Assembly (NCBI GenBank): GCA_021613535.1
Contig: CP075492.1
Span: 13,516,001-13,580,000 of the forward strand
Reading direction: 5' to 3'
DNA from: Adineta vaga
Lineage: Eukaryota > Animalia > Rotifera
Length of the DNA stretch: 64,000 bases
A program made the position numbers and the translations under genes. The notes under the pieces were generated by a model that did not search any database, was not told the origin of the DNA, and saw only the letters and a list, made by a program, of their open reading frames with translations. Positions 63,926-64,000 of this stretch are shown piece by piece (position 1 is the stretch's first letter; every line of letters starts with the position of its first letter).

Positions 63926-64000
63926 TTTTAGACATATTTAGTATTGTTTTTCACTAAATATACATGTATATATATATATATAAATATTGAAAAAGATTAC

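Noticed and set aside
1-64000. CRISPR arrays, rRNA/tRNA genes, prokaryotic operons or bacterial contamination
   Set aside because: None were seen by eye. The foreign-type genes have host-like AT content, several have spliceosomal introns, and they are interleaved with metazoan genes.

Overview
AT-rich eukaryotic genomic DNA with dense genes and many short (about 45-80 bp) GT-AG introns. The gene content (orphan class A GPCR expansion, ART-associated and pentapeptide families, many bacterial/fungal/plant-type enzymes) best fits a bdelloid rotifer; this is an inference. About 30 genes or gene remnants are supported, several rebuilt by manual splicing. Native-looking genes include a TRPM-like channel, an EF-hand protein, a UBC E2, RING ligases, an alpha-arrestin, three GPCRs, Ly6-like and ependymin-like proteins. 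Candidate horizontally acquired genes include a GNAT, a nucleoside-deoxyribosyltransferase-like/NUDIX fusion, a GH3 ligase, a fungal-type enoyl reductase, cycloeucalenol cycloisomerase (CPI1), an IPNS-like oxygenase, a laccase, a GH19 hydrolase and a dynamin-like GTPase. Mobile DNA comprises an intact three-intron pogo/Tigger transposon inside a laccase intron and a non-autonomous Helitron-like element. The main leads are: (1) a TRPM-like channel carrying two copies of an unrecognised ~140-aa domain, one where TRPM2 has its NUDT9-H domain; (2) a head-to-head CPI1/IPNS-like pair; (3) the deoxyribosyltransferase-like/NUDIX fusion within a loose NAD/ADP-ribose-themed neighbourhood; (4) a chimeric membrane-anchored laccase; and (5) many disrupted genes. 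All family calls come from motif recognition only; no database search was run.
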